Origin: Candidatus Hydrogenedentota bacterium
GTDB lineage: Bacteria > UBA8481 > J006
DNA length: 64,000 nt
Assembly (NCBI GenBank): GCA_003697085.1
Contig: RFFU01000074.1
Span: 82,600-146,599 of the forward strand
Reading direction: 5' to 3'
Position 1 is the first letter of the stretch. The number at the start of each line of letters is the position of its first letter. Below are positions 46,269-57,400 of this stretch, in pieces. Both the position numbers and the translations under genes were made by a program. The notes under the pieces are model-generated. The model was not told the DNA's origin. It did not search any database and was given only the letters and a program-made list of their open reading frames with translations.

Positions 46269-47930
46269 ATGAGTGAGCCTGTCTTCAGCATAGGAGTTGA
46301 TTACGGGACAAACGCGGTTCGCGTTTTGGTGGTGCGGTGCGATACAGGCGAGGAAATCGGTGCAGCGGTCTACGATTACAAGCATGGTGAAAAGGGGATA
46401 TTGGCGGGGAAAGGGGAAATGCACCTGGCGCGTCAGAGTCCCCGTGATTATATCGACGGACTGAACGAGGCCTTGGGGAAGGCTCTGGCTCAGGCAGATG
46501 GCGCCGAGGCCTTTTCCAGAGAGCGGATCGTCGGTATCGGCGTTTCTGCTACAGCAAGTACTCCGGTGCCCGTGGACAGAGAGGCTGTTCCTTTGGGTGT
46601 ACGGGACGAGTTTCAAGAGGATTTGTCAGCGCAAGCCTGGCTCTGGAAGGACCACACCAGTATAGCGGAGGCGGAGGAGATAGTAGAGGTTGTCAAAAAG
46701 AAGGAATTACCGTATCTGAAATTTTACAGCGGCTTGATGTCTCCGGAGTGGTTTTGGCCGAAGGCGTTGAAGTTTATTCGGTCGGCACCGGAAGTGGTCC
46801 GGAAGGCCACCGCGGCTTGGTTGGAATTGACAGATCTGGTACCGGCTTACCTCACCGGGGTGTCGGTTGCTGATGATGTCGTTCGGGGAATCTGCTCCGC
46901 CGGCTTCAAAGGAATGTACTCAGAAGAGTGGGGAGGGTATCCGCCTAAGGATTTTTTGAAGAACTTTTCGGAAGAAGTGGCGCGATTGGCAGGGAGAAGT
47001 CCGGTTTTCAAGGGCCCTGGGGAGAGTGTCGGATCGTTATCGGATGAGATGGCCTCACGGTACGGATTATCCCGAAAGGTGCAGGTCAGTGCGGGAATCA
47101 TCGATGCTCATTCCGGCGCCTTGGGAAGCGGAGTCGGAGAACGCTCCCTGGTCAGTGTTATGGGGACTTCCTCGTGTAACATCGGTTTGATTCCTTACGA
47201 GCGGTATCGCGGACCGATTCCGGGAATTTCCGGCGTCATCAAAGACGGTGTTGTTCCGGGGATGTATGCTGTTGAATCGGGTCAGGGAGCGGTTGGTGAT
47301 ATCTTTGCTTGGTTTGTCGAACGGATCCTCGGCGGAAGGTGCAGTCACGAAGAACTTACCGAACGGGCGCGGAATATGGGACCCGGTGAGACGGGATTGG
47401 TGGCTCTGGATTGGCACAACGGAAATCGCAATGTTCTGATGGATATGGAATTATCCGGGTTGATCGTCGGACTGCGGCTGGATACGACTGTGGAGCAGAT
47501 CTACCGGGCTTTGATTGAAGCAACGGCTTTCGGGCTGAGGACGATCATCGAGCGAAAAAAGGAATACGGCTATGAAGTGGAGAATTTGATAGCGTGTGGT
47601 GGGATCGCCAAAAAAAACGACCTGGTGTGCCGGATCTACGCGGATGTTCTTGGAGTTCCTGTTCACGTGGCCGGATCGAGCGAGGCGTGTGCGTTGGGGG
47701 CAGCCGTCTGCGGCGCTGTAGCCGGGGGTGCGTTTCAAAGCTTATCGGCCGCTCAGGAGAAGATGGTCCCGAAGGCGCGAGGAAGTTTTGAACCGAATCT
47801 TGGACAAAGGGGAATCTGGGATGAGGTGTATGGGATTTATCGCGATCGTTACGAACATTATTCACGCGGCGGCGGCGGCGGAGACATCATGAAGTCTCTT
47901 TTGGCACTGCGTGACGAAGCGCAAGCGTAA
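46269..47930 (+). CDS. araB: ribulokinase (FGGY carbohydrate kinase family, AraB-type)
   Basis: FSIGVDYGTNAVRVLVVRCDTGEEIGAAVYDY and LWKDHTSIAEAEEI parallel E. coli AraB [23 protein letters not shown] and LWKDHTAVEEAEEI. 553 aa. AGGAGG RBS upstream of the ATG at 46269. Confidence 0.85.
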   Translation: MSEPVFSIGVDYGTNAVRVLVVRCDTGEEIGAAVYDYKHGEKGILAGKGEMHLARQSPRDYIDGLNEALGKALAQADGAEAFSRERIVGIGVSATASTPVPVDREAVPLGVRDEFQEDLSAQAWLWKDHTSIAEAEEIVEVVKKKELPYLKFYSGLMSPEWFWPKALKFIRSAPEVVRKATAAWLELTDLVPAYLTGVSVADDVVRGICSAGFKGMYSEEWGGYPPKDFLKNFSEEVARLAGRSPVFKGPGESVGSLSDEMASRYGLSRKVQVSAGIIDAHSGALGSGVGERSLVSVMGTSSCNIGLIPYERYRGPIPGISGVIKDGVVPGMYAVESGQGAVGDIFAWFVERILGGRCSHEELTERARNMGPGETGLVALDWHNGNRNVLMDMELSGLIVGLRLDTTVEQIYRALIEATAFGLRTIIERKKEYGYEVENLIACGGIAKKNDLVCRIYADVLGVPVHVAGSSEACALGAAVCGAVAGGAFQSLSAAQEKMVPKARGSFEPNLGQRGIWDEVYGIYRDRYEHYSRGGGGGDIMKSLLALRDEAQA

Positions 47931-48438
47931 TCGGTGGAGATTTAATCAATGGAAAAAGAAACCATGAAGAACACCGGAACGCGTTCCATTGTGAGACCTT
48001 TTGCTCGGCCCAGAGATGAAGATAAGAAAGATGTGGGTGGTGTCTTGAGGGGGAAGAGTAGGGGTCGGGAGATCGGCGTGAAAGGCGGATCCGAACGGTG
48101 TTTGAGATGACGTGTTTTTACAAAAATAGAAGAGAAGCAAAAGGCGAAAAAGGGAATCATCCGAAATGATATCGAGGAAGGATTAAGAATAAAGAATTTT
48201 TTTGGTGTTCGGAGAACCGATGCGCGAATATTTTCGGAGAACATCCGGCCTCTTCGAGGTCCCGTTCCGCCGTCGATACCGGGTCGTATCGATTTGGAGC
48301 AGCCCCCAGCCCAAGGAGCAACCGGATGTCCGCTCGTTCGACAGCGTTTCGTGAGGGTCAGGGCGTATACATTGCGTGTACGGTTTATTTAGAGATGTAT
48401 AAATAAATGCTTTTAATGAGACTTGAAATTTCGGTTGA

Positions 48439-51400
48439 ATGATGTTAATCTTTTTATTTAAGATGGTGAAAAAGAGAAAAAGAGCAACACCTGCTTTTAT
48501 AAGTACCTGGTGTTGGCCGTGCGCCCTGGTGTCCTTTCTTCTCGGAAACTTGATTTTTGGTGTCGCGCCTCCGGCTCGTGCCGCGATAGAAGTCTTCAAT
48601 ATTACGCCGACGATTGTGAAGGCGGGAAGCGGGGCGCCGATAATTATTTCGGGGCAGAATTTTTCCTCGACAACGCCGGTGAAAATCGGTGACAAACCTG
48701 TGTCCCCGGTGGTGTATCTCAATTCGCATACGCTCAAGGTCTCGGTACCGACCTCGCTTGACTCAGGTGTCTATTCGATTACGGTGGGTTCGGGGGCGGA
48801 TTCCGCGACGCTCGTGAATCCGCGGCTCCACGTGCTTTCTTTCGCGGCGGAGGTGGCCTATATCGCCGGAGGGAACGACACCCTGGCTGTCGTCAACCTT
48901 GATGACGGCTCGATCATTACGACCGTGTCGATGCCGGGAATCCTTGGAGGTTCCAACCAGCTTCCTGTTGGAATGGCGGCCGCCCCGGACGGAAACAAGA
49001 TTTTTATCGCCTCCTTTGATGGGGCGTTTCCCAGAAAAATTTACGTGTTTTCGACCGTTTCGAATACTATTGTGGATGAGATTTCCGTCAGTGATCCGGT
49101 TCGGATCCGTATGTTTCCGGGGGGAGAAACATTGGCGGTCATCAGTAATGATCCACCGAATAATGTTCACTTCTTTCGGTTGTCGGATACGACGGAAGTG
49201 TACAGTGGCGGGAGCGTCAGCTGGAACGGCACCGATCTGGCGATGCATCCATCCGGAAAGTACTTTTATGCCATCTATTCAAGTGGAAGCTATATTTCTG
49301 TCATTGATGCCAGGGATGGAACGACGGTGGACAGCATCTCTGTTACTTACAGTGGTGTCGGACCGCATTTCTTGACGATCTCGCCGACGGGGGATTCTCT
49401 GTATGTCAGTTTTTCGGAACAGAATGCGTTCGCGGCGGTGGGGCTAACCGACACGGGGATGATTCGAGGAGACACCGCGGTGATTCCGAAGGCGACGGGG
49501 GTGATGAACAATGCCGTGATGGTAATGAATCTGGATGGAACAAAGCTCTTTTATGGCGGGAATCGGGTTGCGTCGTATGGGGTTACGAATCTAAAGACGG
49601 GAGTCGCGTCGACGATTACAGGAACTTGGAATAATACGAATGGATCTGCAAGGAGTTCCGATGGTCAATACATCTGGGCGACGAATTATTCGACGGAAAC
49701 ATTGAACAAGATTCGAATTTCGGATGATGTCGAGGAAAGTACGATAGACATCACGTCGGCAGGGGGGATCGGAGGGATGGGAATTCTTACGCTGCCGCGA
49801 GTGATTCCGATGAACGATTCGATGATACCGTATATTCAATCGGTATCGCTTTATGTTCCCGTAGGCGGCGAAGTGACGATCAACGGTTTTTTTGACAGTG
49901 CGTCACACTATGGTTTCACCTCCACGGATACGGTTTGGATTGGAGGAATTCCGGTGGAGACAATGACGGTTCTCGGCCAAACTCTGATCAAGGCGACGTT
50001 ACCGTCGTCGATCCCCGCTGATACAGTGGTGGATGTTCTGGTCAAGAATGTCGTTTCGGGCATGACGTCCGATTCTCTTGGGTTTCAACCTCAGGATACG
50101 GTGACGGTGACCGGGCCGGCGCCGACGATTACGGCGATCGTTCCTGACAGCGGTTATTCTGGGGCCGTTACGCCGGTGACCATCACGGGGACCAACTTTG
50201 ATCCGGTGTTGACAAAAGCCTATATTGAAGGAACGGAACTGGCGAACGTAACCTATGTGTCACCAACGCAACTTACAGCGGAGATTCCCAATGGACAAAG
50301 TCCAGGAGTGCACAACATCAGTGTGGCGAACTATCCGGTAAATGAACAGTGGGATACGCTGTGGAACGCCTTTACGGTCAATCAGACACAGATGGAAATT
50401 TCCGGAGCGCTTCCAAGAAATCCCGTGCTCAAAGGCGACTCCTTTTGGATGTGGATCTACGGTTCAGGTTTCGACACGTCCATGGTTCCGACGGTTACAC
50501 TCGGAGGGGTCGCGCTGAGTCGAGTCAAAGTCCCAAATACCAAGGTGATCACGGCTTTTTATGACGGTGTAACGCCGCTGGCTACGGGATGGAACAACGT
50601 GACCGTGAGTTATGGGGCGTTTCCAGATAGTCAGGCGCAGTTGGTTAATGCTGTCGAGGTTTTCGACAGCGGCGCACAGTACATTTATCTGCTTCCTTAC
50701 CTCGATGCTTCCTCCGATTCCCTGTATGTTGTCGATGTCGCCAAGAATGAAGTTGTCGACACCATAGAAGTAGGAAATGTCGGCTTTGATGGAGCGTTGG
50801 ACATTTCTCCGGACGGAGAATATTTGTTGGTTACGGCGTCCGATGGAAAGACCTTGAAGGTCGTTCGCTTGTCGGACAATACAATTGTTTCAACGAAAAC
50901 GTTTTCACAAGTTGTCACGTGCGGGGTCTTTTCGCAGGATGGTTCGGCTGTTTACGTAGGGTACGCTCCTGTTTCGGCTTCCGCCGCGATCAATAAATAT
51001 TCCTTTCCTGGTTTCTCCCTCTTGAAATCCTATCCGACGTCGGGGTCGGTTCTGGACTTTGTGGCAATCTCCCCGTTGGAAGATTATGCTGCTTATGGTC
51101 GGAAATGGGATCCCACGATGAAACTGATGGATTTATCCACGGGAGCCGAGACGATACTGGCGGGAACATATGTCAACGGTTCGGACCGGGATATTTATTT
51201 TTCTCCGGACGGATCGAAACTCTATGTTACCAGTGTTAACGGGGGAGCGACGACGGATTCGCTCGTCGTCGTCGATGTGGCGACAAACACCGTCCTTTAT
51301 GATACGCTTCTTCCTGTGTTGACGGGGGGACAGAACGGCGCCTACAGCCTCGTGTTTCATCCATCAGGCGACACCTACTTTGTGTCCTCTTTCGGCGGCT

Positions 51401-54400
51401 TTATAGCCTTCGATGCAGCGACAAACAGGTTGCTGGATTCCGCCGCCCTCGGTTCACAATCAGGTGGGATCGATATTCTTCCGGACGGAACACGCGTCTA
51501 CCAAGGGGTATCATCGTGGTCCGGATGGGATGGTTGGATTTACGCACCGGTGACCTATCCGGGGGGAAATGTTTCCTTGGGGACCCCCGTTCACACGGGA
51601 ATCCCGGGTGATATTCGTGTTATCCCCAGGGGGGTGAAATATGTCTTTCGCGGCTTGGTACCGCCGCATCTTACGATTGCTTCTCCGGACAGTGGAATAG
51701 AAAATGAAACGCAGACGATTACGTTATACGGAAGCGATTTTTCTCCTACACCGACAGTATATTTCGGGGGAGTGGTCTCTTCTTCCGTTACCTATGTAAG
51801 CTCGACGGAGTTGACGGTCGTAGCCCCCGCATTAACGGCAGGTACCTATGCTATTCGCATTGTCAATCCGGATCTGGGTGAAAGTACGAAAGACAGCGCG
51901 TACACTGTTTATCCCGCTGCGGCTTTCGTTCCGGACACGGCCTTTGGCAGTTTTTACAAGGATCCTTCCCTAAGGGATTCCGTAAGCCTCTTCGTGCCGG
52001 GTGATACGGTGTATTTTCAAGTGGGGGATACGAACCCCAATACGAATGCGGCGCGGCAGGAAACGTTGACGGTGGTGATCATCACGGCAGAAGGGGACAG
52101 CGCATCCCTCCTACTCTATGAGGATGGGGTCTCTTCGGAGACGTTTACCAGCGAAACCACACCTCTCTTTATCACGGACGATGCGGGGATCGGGGTGAAC
52201 GGGACGGACACCTACCTTTACGCAGTGTCTGGGGACACATTTTTTGTTATTTACTCGGATCCCCAGGACACCTCGGATACCTTCTTCTTGGTCGCGATGG
52301 TTCTTTCAGGGGCATCGGTCGGCGTTGTTTCTCTTGACAACGGTCAATACAGCCTCGATTCAACCGTAACGGCCACGGTAATCGACACCGACCAGAACAA
52401 GAACGCGGTACTGGCGGAGACGGTGACAGTTCGGTTGGTGTCGGAGGTCGGAAACGACACGGAATGGCTTATTTTGACGGAGACAGGGAACAACACCAAT
52501 GTTTTTGACAACAGTGGTGCTCCGGTTGCGCTTTCGGATACGACGGGGGCCGATTCGGGTTACGACGGAATTTTGAGGGTCGGGGGGGCGGACACGATCC
52601 ACCTTTTTTACGCGGATCAGTCCGGTAATATTGAAACTTCGGCGGTGACTGTCCCGCGGCAAACCGCTTCTTCGGTCGCATTTGCTTTATCGGAGTACCG
52701 TATTGACTCTTCCGTCACGGTTACGGTGACGGACCCGGACGAGAATCTGAATCCGACGGTAAAGGATCAAGTCCTGGTTTTCTTAACGGAGTTATCGACA
52801 GGTGATACGGAAACGGTGACGTTGACGGAGACGATGGACACGTCGGGAGTCTTTGTCTCGGTGGCAGGTGTCTTTCTTTCTGACACCTACGGGGCGGATT
52901 CGGGCCAGGACGGCGTTCTTCTCTGTGGAGATGCCGATTCGATTCAGGTTCTGTACTGGGATCGAAATTTTTCGGCTGCGGCAGACACGGCGGTGGATAC
53001 GACGAGTGTCTTTTTCAACTCCGGAGCGGGGACCGTGACGTTCATGGCTGTTAATGAGGAACTGGCTATAGGAAGCGAATCCATCGTTATTGTTGTATAT
53101 GATAGAGATGGGAACAAAAATCCGCGCCTCCAGGACAGTGTCTATGTTGAAGTAACCGTTGACGGGACAGCACGGGACACCGAACACCTTGTTCTTTACG
53201 AAACGGGAGATACGACGGCGACGTTTTCGGATTCGGTGGTCGGCTTGGTGTCGCCGCTGAAATCCCAAGAAAACGAAACAGGGACAGCCGACAACGGAAT
53301 CGTCGAGTGGTTGGTTGGAGATATTTTGCGTGTCACATATAGAGATTCCGACGGCGTCAGCCCAGCGGTTCAAGATACGGTTACAGGGGTTTCGTCGGCC
53401 TCGATCGGAAGTTTTTTTGGGATCAAGCTCGTGTACGAACTGGACTCCGCGGTCCTGATCGGTCTCTCGGATACGGATCAAAATCGGAATCTTTCCGCAT
53501 CCGAGACTGTCGAAGTTGTCGTCTTCGATGAGTCGTCGAATGATACCGAGATCGTTGTCCTGACAGAACGTGGAGTAGATTCCTGGTTGTTTGATAACAG
53601 CGGATCGTTGTTGAAATTATCAGACACCTCCGGCGGCGTAGTAGAGAATGATGGAATTCTTTTGGTAGGTGTGGGTGACACGATCCATTTCCGTTACCAG
53701 GATCAATCAGGTTTAATCGATACAACGACGACGACATTATCCCGGCAGACGCTTGCTTCGGTGTCCTTTTCGGTTTCGGAGTATCGAATTGATTCACGAG
53801 TGGTGGGAATAACCGTTTCGGATGCGGACGAGAATTTGTCCCCGCGCCGGAAAGATGTTGTAAAAGTTCTCCTGCGCAGCAATCTTTCCGGCGATACGGA
53901 ATATGTGCTTTTGGAAGAGACGACGGAGACGTCGGGTGTCTTTGTCGACACTGCCGGAGGCGTTCGTCTTTCCGACACGACGGGAAGGCTCTCTCCGTGG
54001 GACGGCGTGATTCTGGCGGGAGCGCCGGACAGCATCACCGTTACTTACGTTGATGAAAACAATGACGCCCTCGCGGACAGTGCCGTCGATAGTGTGACGG
54101 TTCTTTTTTATCCTGGTGCTGCGTCTGTAATCATTGATTCTTCCAACGGAGTCATTCAGACAGGTGCGGAATCTCTGGTGATTTTCGTCTTCGACAGGGA
54201 TCAAAATGCCGATCCGACGGTTCGGGACACGGTATTTGTTCTGGTGACGTTGGATACGCGTTATGCGGACACGGAATATCTTATTCTTCGCGAGACAGCA
54301 GAGACCTCCGGGATTTTCTCGGATTCCATTGCAGGGATCGTTAGGGCTCTGAGCACTGAGAATAATGCTGTTGGAACAGTAAACGACGGCGTTCTGCAGA

Positions 54401-57400
54401 CGATTCTTTTTGATACGATTGTAGTAATTTACAGCGATTCCGATGGAGTCAGTAGCGCTGCTTTTGCAACGATTCGGACGGTAGAACCGATTGTGGCCTC
54501 CCCGTCGTCGATCTCTTTTGGGCTTTCCGCCTATGCTTTGGATTCGTCCCTGACGGTGATTTTGATCGACACCGACCAAAACAGAACGCCGTTTGCTGTG
54601 GAAACCTCAGCAGTGGTTCTCATGGATACCGAAACAAACGATTCGCTTGTGTTGTACCTTACGGAAGCTAATGCCAATAATTCAACTTTCGCTGGAGGTG
54701 CCGTTGATCTTTCCGATACGCTTTCCGGCAGCGGCCGTTTGTTGGTGGGAATGCTCGATCAGGTGATCGTTCAGTATGACGACGGGGACGCGCCGGGCGC
54801 GGGTACAGACTCTTCAACGGCCGTAATGACGATTCTCTTTACAGCTTCAAACGGGGCACTGAACCTTGCAGCGGATACGGTTACACCGGGAGGTACGGGT
54901 CTTTTGGTGACGGTTGAAGATCGTGACAGAAATATGGATCCTGTTTCTCCTGATACGTTAGAGGTGACGTTGAGGACGGTCATACCTGCTCCGGACACAG
55001 AAGTTCTCATCCTAACAGAGACGACGGATACATCGGGGATGTTTACCGGGACGCAATACGTGTCGGATACCACGGGGGCAGGCGTTGGAGACGGGATCTT
55101 GTTAGGACGGGTCGGGGAAACAATCTGGATTCTGTATAGTGATACGAGAGAAGGGCAAACGGATAGCGCCGAGGCAACGGTTCTTATAGAACCTGTCGAG
55201 GAAAGTTCACGGACAGCATTTGATACGGCGGTTTATCTTCAAGATTCGTTCGCCACGGTATTCGTTACCGATGCGGACCAAGACATAGATCCATTTTCTC
55301 CTGACACCGTATTGATTACCTTGAGCAACGGAGTTTTAGGCGCGGAAACGGAAATAGTTGTTTTGACGGAGACAACGGATTCAAGCGGGATCTTTTCGGG
55401 AACGGCGGTTATTTCGTCGAATGTTCTCGATTCCGTTGCCGGAAACGGAAGGCTTTTTGCGGGAGTCGGGGATTCGATTGTGGCGTTTTATACTGATCCG
55501 ACGCGACAGAGTGATACATCGGTGGATACGGCCCTTGTGTTAGCCGTTCCAAGTGTTTCAACGGTGATTCTGGACGATTTGGGGTATGCTTGGGATTCCG
55601 CAGTGACCGTAACAGTGGTGGATACGGATCAGAATCGGAATCGTAATCTTCAAGAAACAGTGACCGTAATCGTATCCGACACAGAAACGAATGATAGTGT
55701 TGTTATTGTGTTGACCGAGTCGGGAGTTAACAGTTCGCTTTTCACGTCGTCGGCTTTGCGGCTTTCGGACACGGCGGGGGGGGAGAGCACGCTTTTGGCC
55801 GGGGCGGGAGATTTATTTAGTGTTGAGTATGAAGACAGGGATTTCCCCGGGATCGGAAATGATACTTCTTTTGGAATAGCCACGGTGCTTTTTATCCCGT
55901 CGTCCGGCACTTTGTCGCTTGCTTCAGACACTGTATCTCCGGGGGCGACCGTTGTGGTGACCGTTGCGGATGCTGATGAAAACATGGATCCTTTGGTCCG
56001 CGATACTCTTGAGGTCATTCTCGTAACCACTGTTCCGGGGGATGATACGGAAATCTTAGAATTGACTGAGACGACGGAGACCTCCGGGATCTTTGCCAAC
56101 GGAAACGGCCAGTGGGTGTCGGATACGACGGGAGCAGGGGTTGGGGACGGTATTCTCCTCGGGCGTATCGGATCGCAAATCCGGGTCGTGTATTCGGATA
56201 CGAGGAACGGCCAGAATGATCGTTCGGAAACAACGGTAACGATTGAAGTAGTGCGAAGTTCGGCGGTCCTGACGTTCGATTTGAGTAAATATACCCCGGA
56301 TACTCCCGTTCGGATCACTGTGACCGATTTCGATCAGAATTTGAATTCTTTTGCAACGGAAACGGTATTTGTGATTCTTGAAAATTTGAACGTGGCGTCG
56401 GAAACGGAAATTTATGAATTGAGAGAAACAACGGAATCGAGCGGAATCTTCCTTGGGACCGCCTCCCTTTCCGATACACCAACGGATTCGGGAGTTTATG
56501 GGGACGGCGTTTTGTATGCGGAACCGGGTCATTTGATTCGAGCGATGTATCAGGATTCCGTCGCGGCGAGCGATACGGCAGCGGAAACGGCCGCAGTGGT
56601 GTCACGGGTTCCCCCTACGGCCAGCACGATCCAGCTTGATAGTACCGACTATCGATTGACAGAGCGTTTTACGATAACGGTTACGGATCCGGATGAGAAT
56701 CAAAAAGGATGGGTTGTGGATCAGGTGACGGTGAGGGTGGTATCAAATGGACCTTTGGCGGATACGGAGACGTTTACTTTGACGGAACAGAGCCCCAATG
56801 CCGGGATATTTGTTTCGAATCCGATAGACCTTTCTGATACCAATACGACTGAGGGGGATGGTATCCTTGGAATAACGGTCGGGGCAACACTGACGGCGTC
56901 CTATGTTGATAAGGATGACGCGACGGATTCGGCCAGTGTTCAGGCCACAGCTGTAGCGGTGTTGACACATTCCATTTCAGAATTTGTGGATCAGGGGGGA
57001 GTCGCGAGATCATCCTTCATAATGGGAACGGACACGATTCAAATCCGGGTTGTCGATGCCAACCAGAATAAAAACTCCTTGGCGATCGAGACGATCAATC
57101 TCGGACCTGTTTTTACTTCCGCCTCCGGTGATGCAAATTCCGTGACGCTCACCGAAAGTGATTCCGCCAGTGGAATATTCTTATCGCAGGAATTTTCGAT
57201 GGATACGGGGGCCAATGCTGATAACGCCGTTGTGAGTGTCGACACCTCTTTGGAGCAGATCACATTTGTGTATACGGATCCTGATGATCCGGCCGATACT
57301 TCCATGATTTCGGCGCAGGTGGTGTTCGCTATCCCGCCGATAGCCGCTTTGAAGTTTGAAGCCGTTCCGGGAAATGGAGGGACCACGGTGATCAACATCT

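Noticed and set aside
45180-46616. 478-aa minus-strand ORF antisense to the isomerase and kinase genes
   Set aside because: Both plus-strand genes have strong family-specific motifs. The antisense ORF crosses their boundary.
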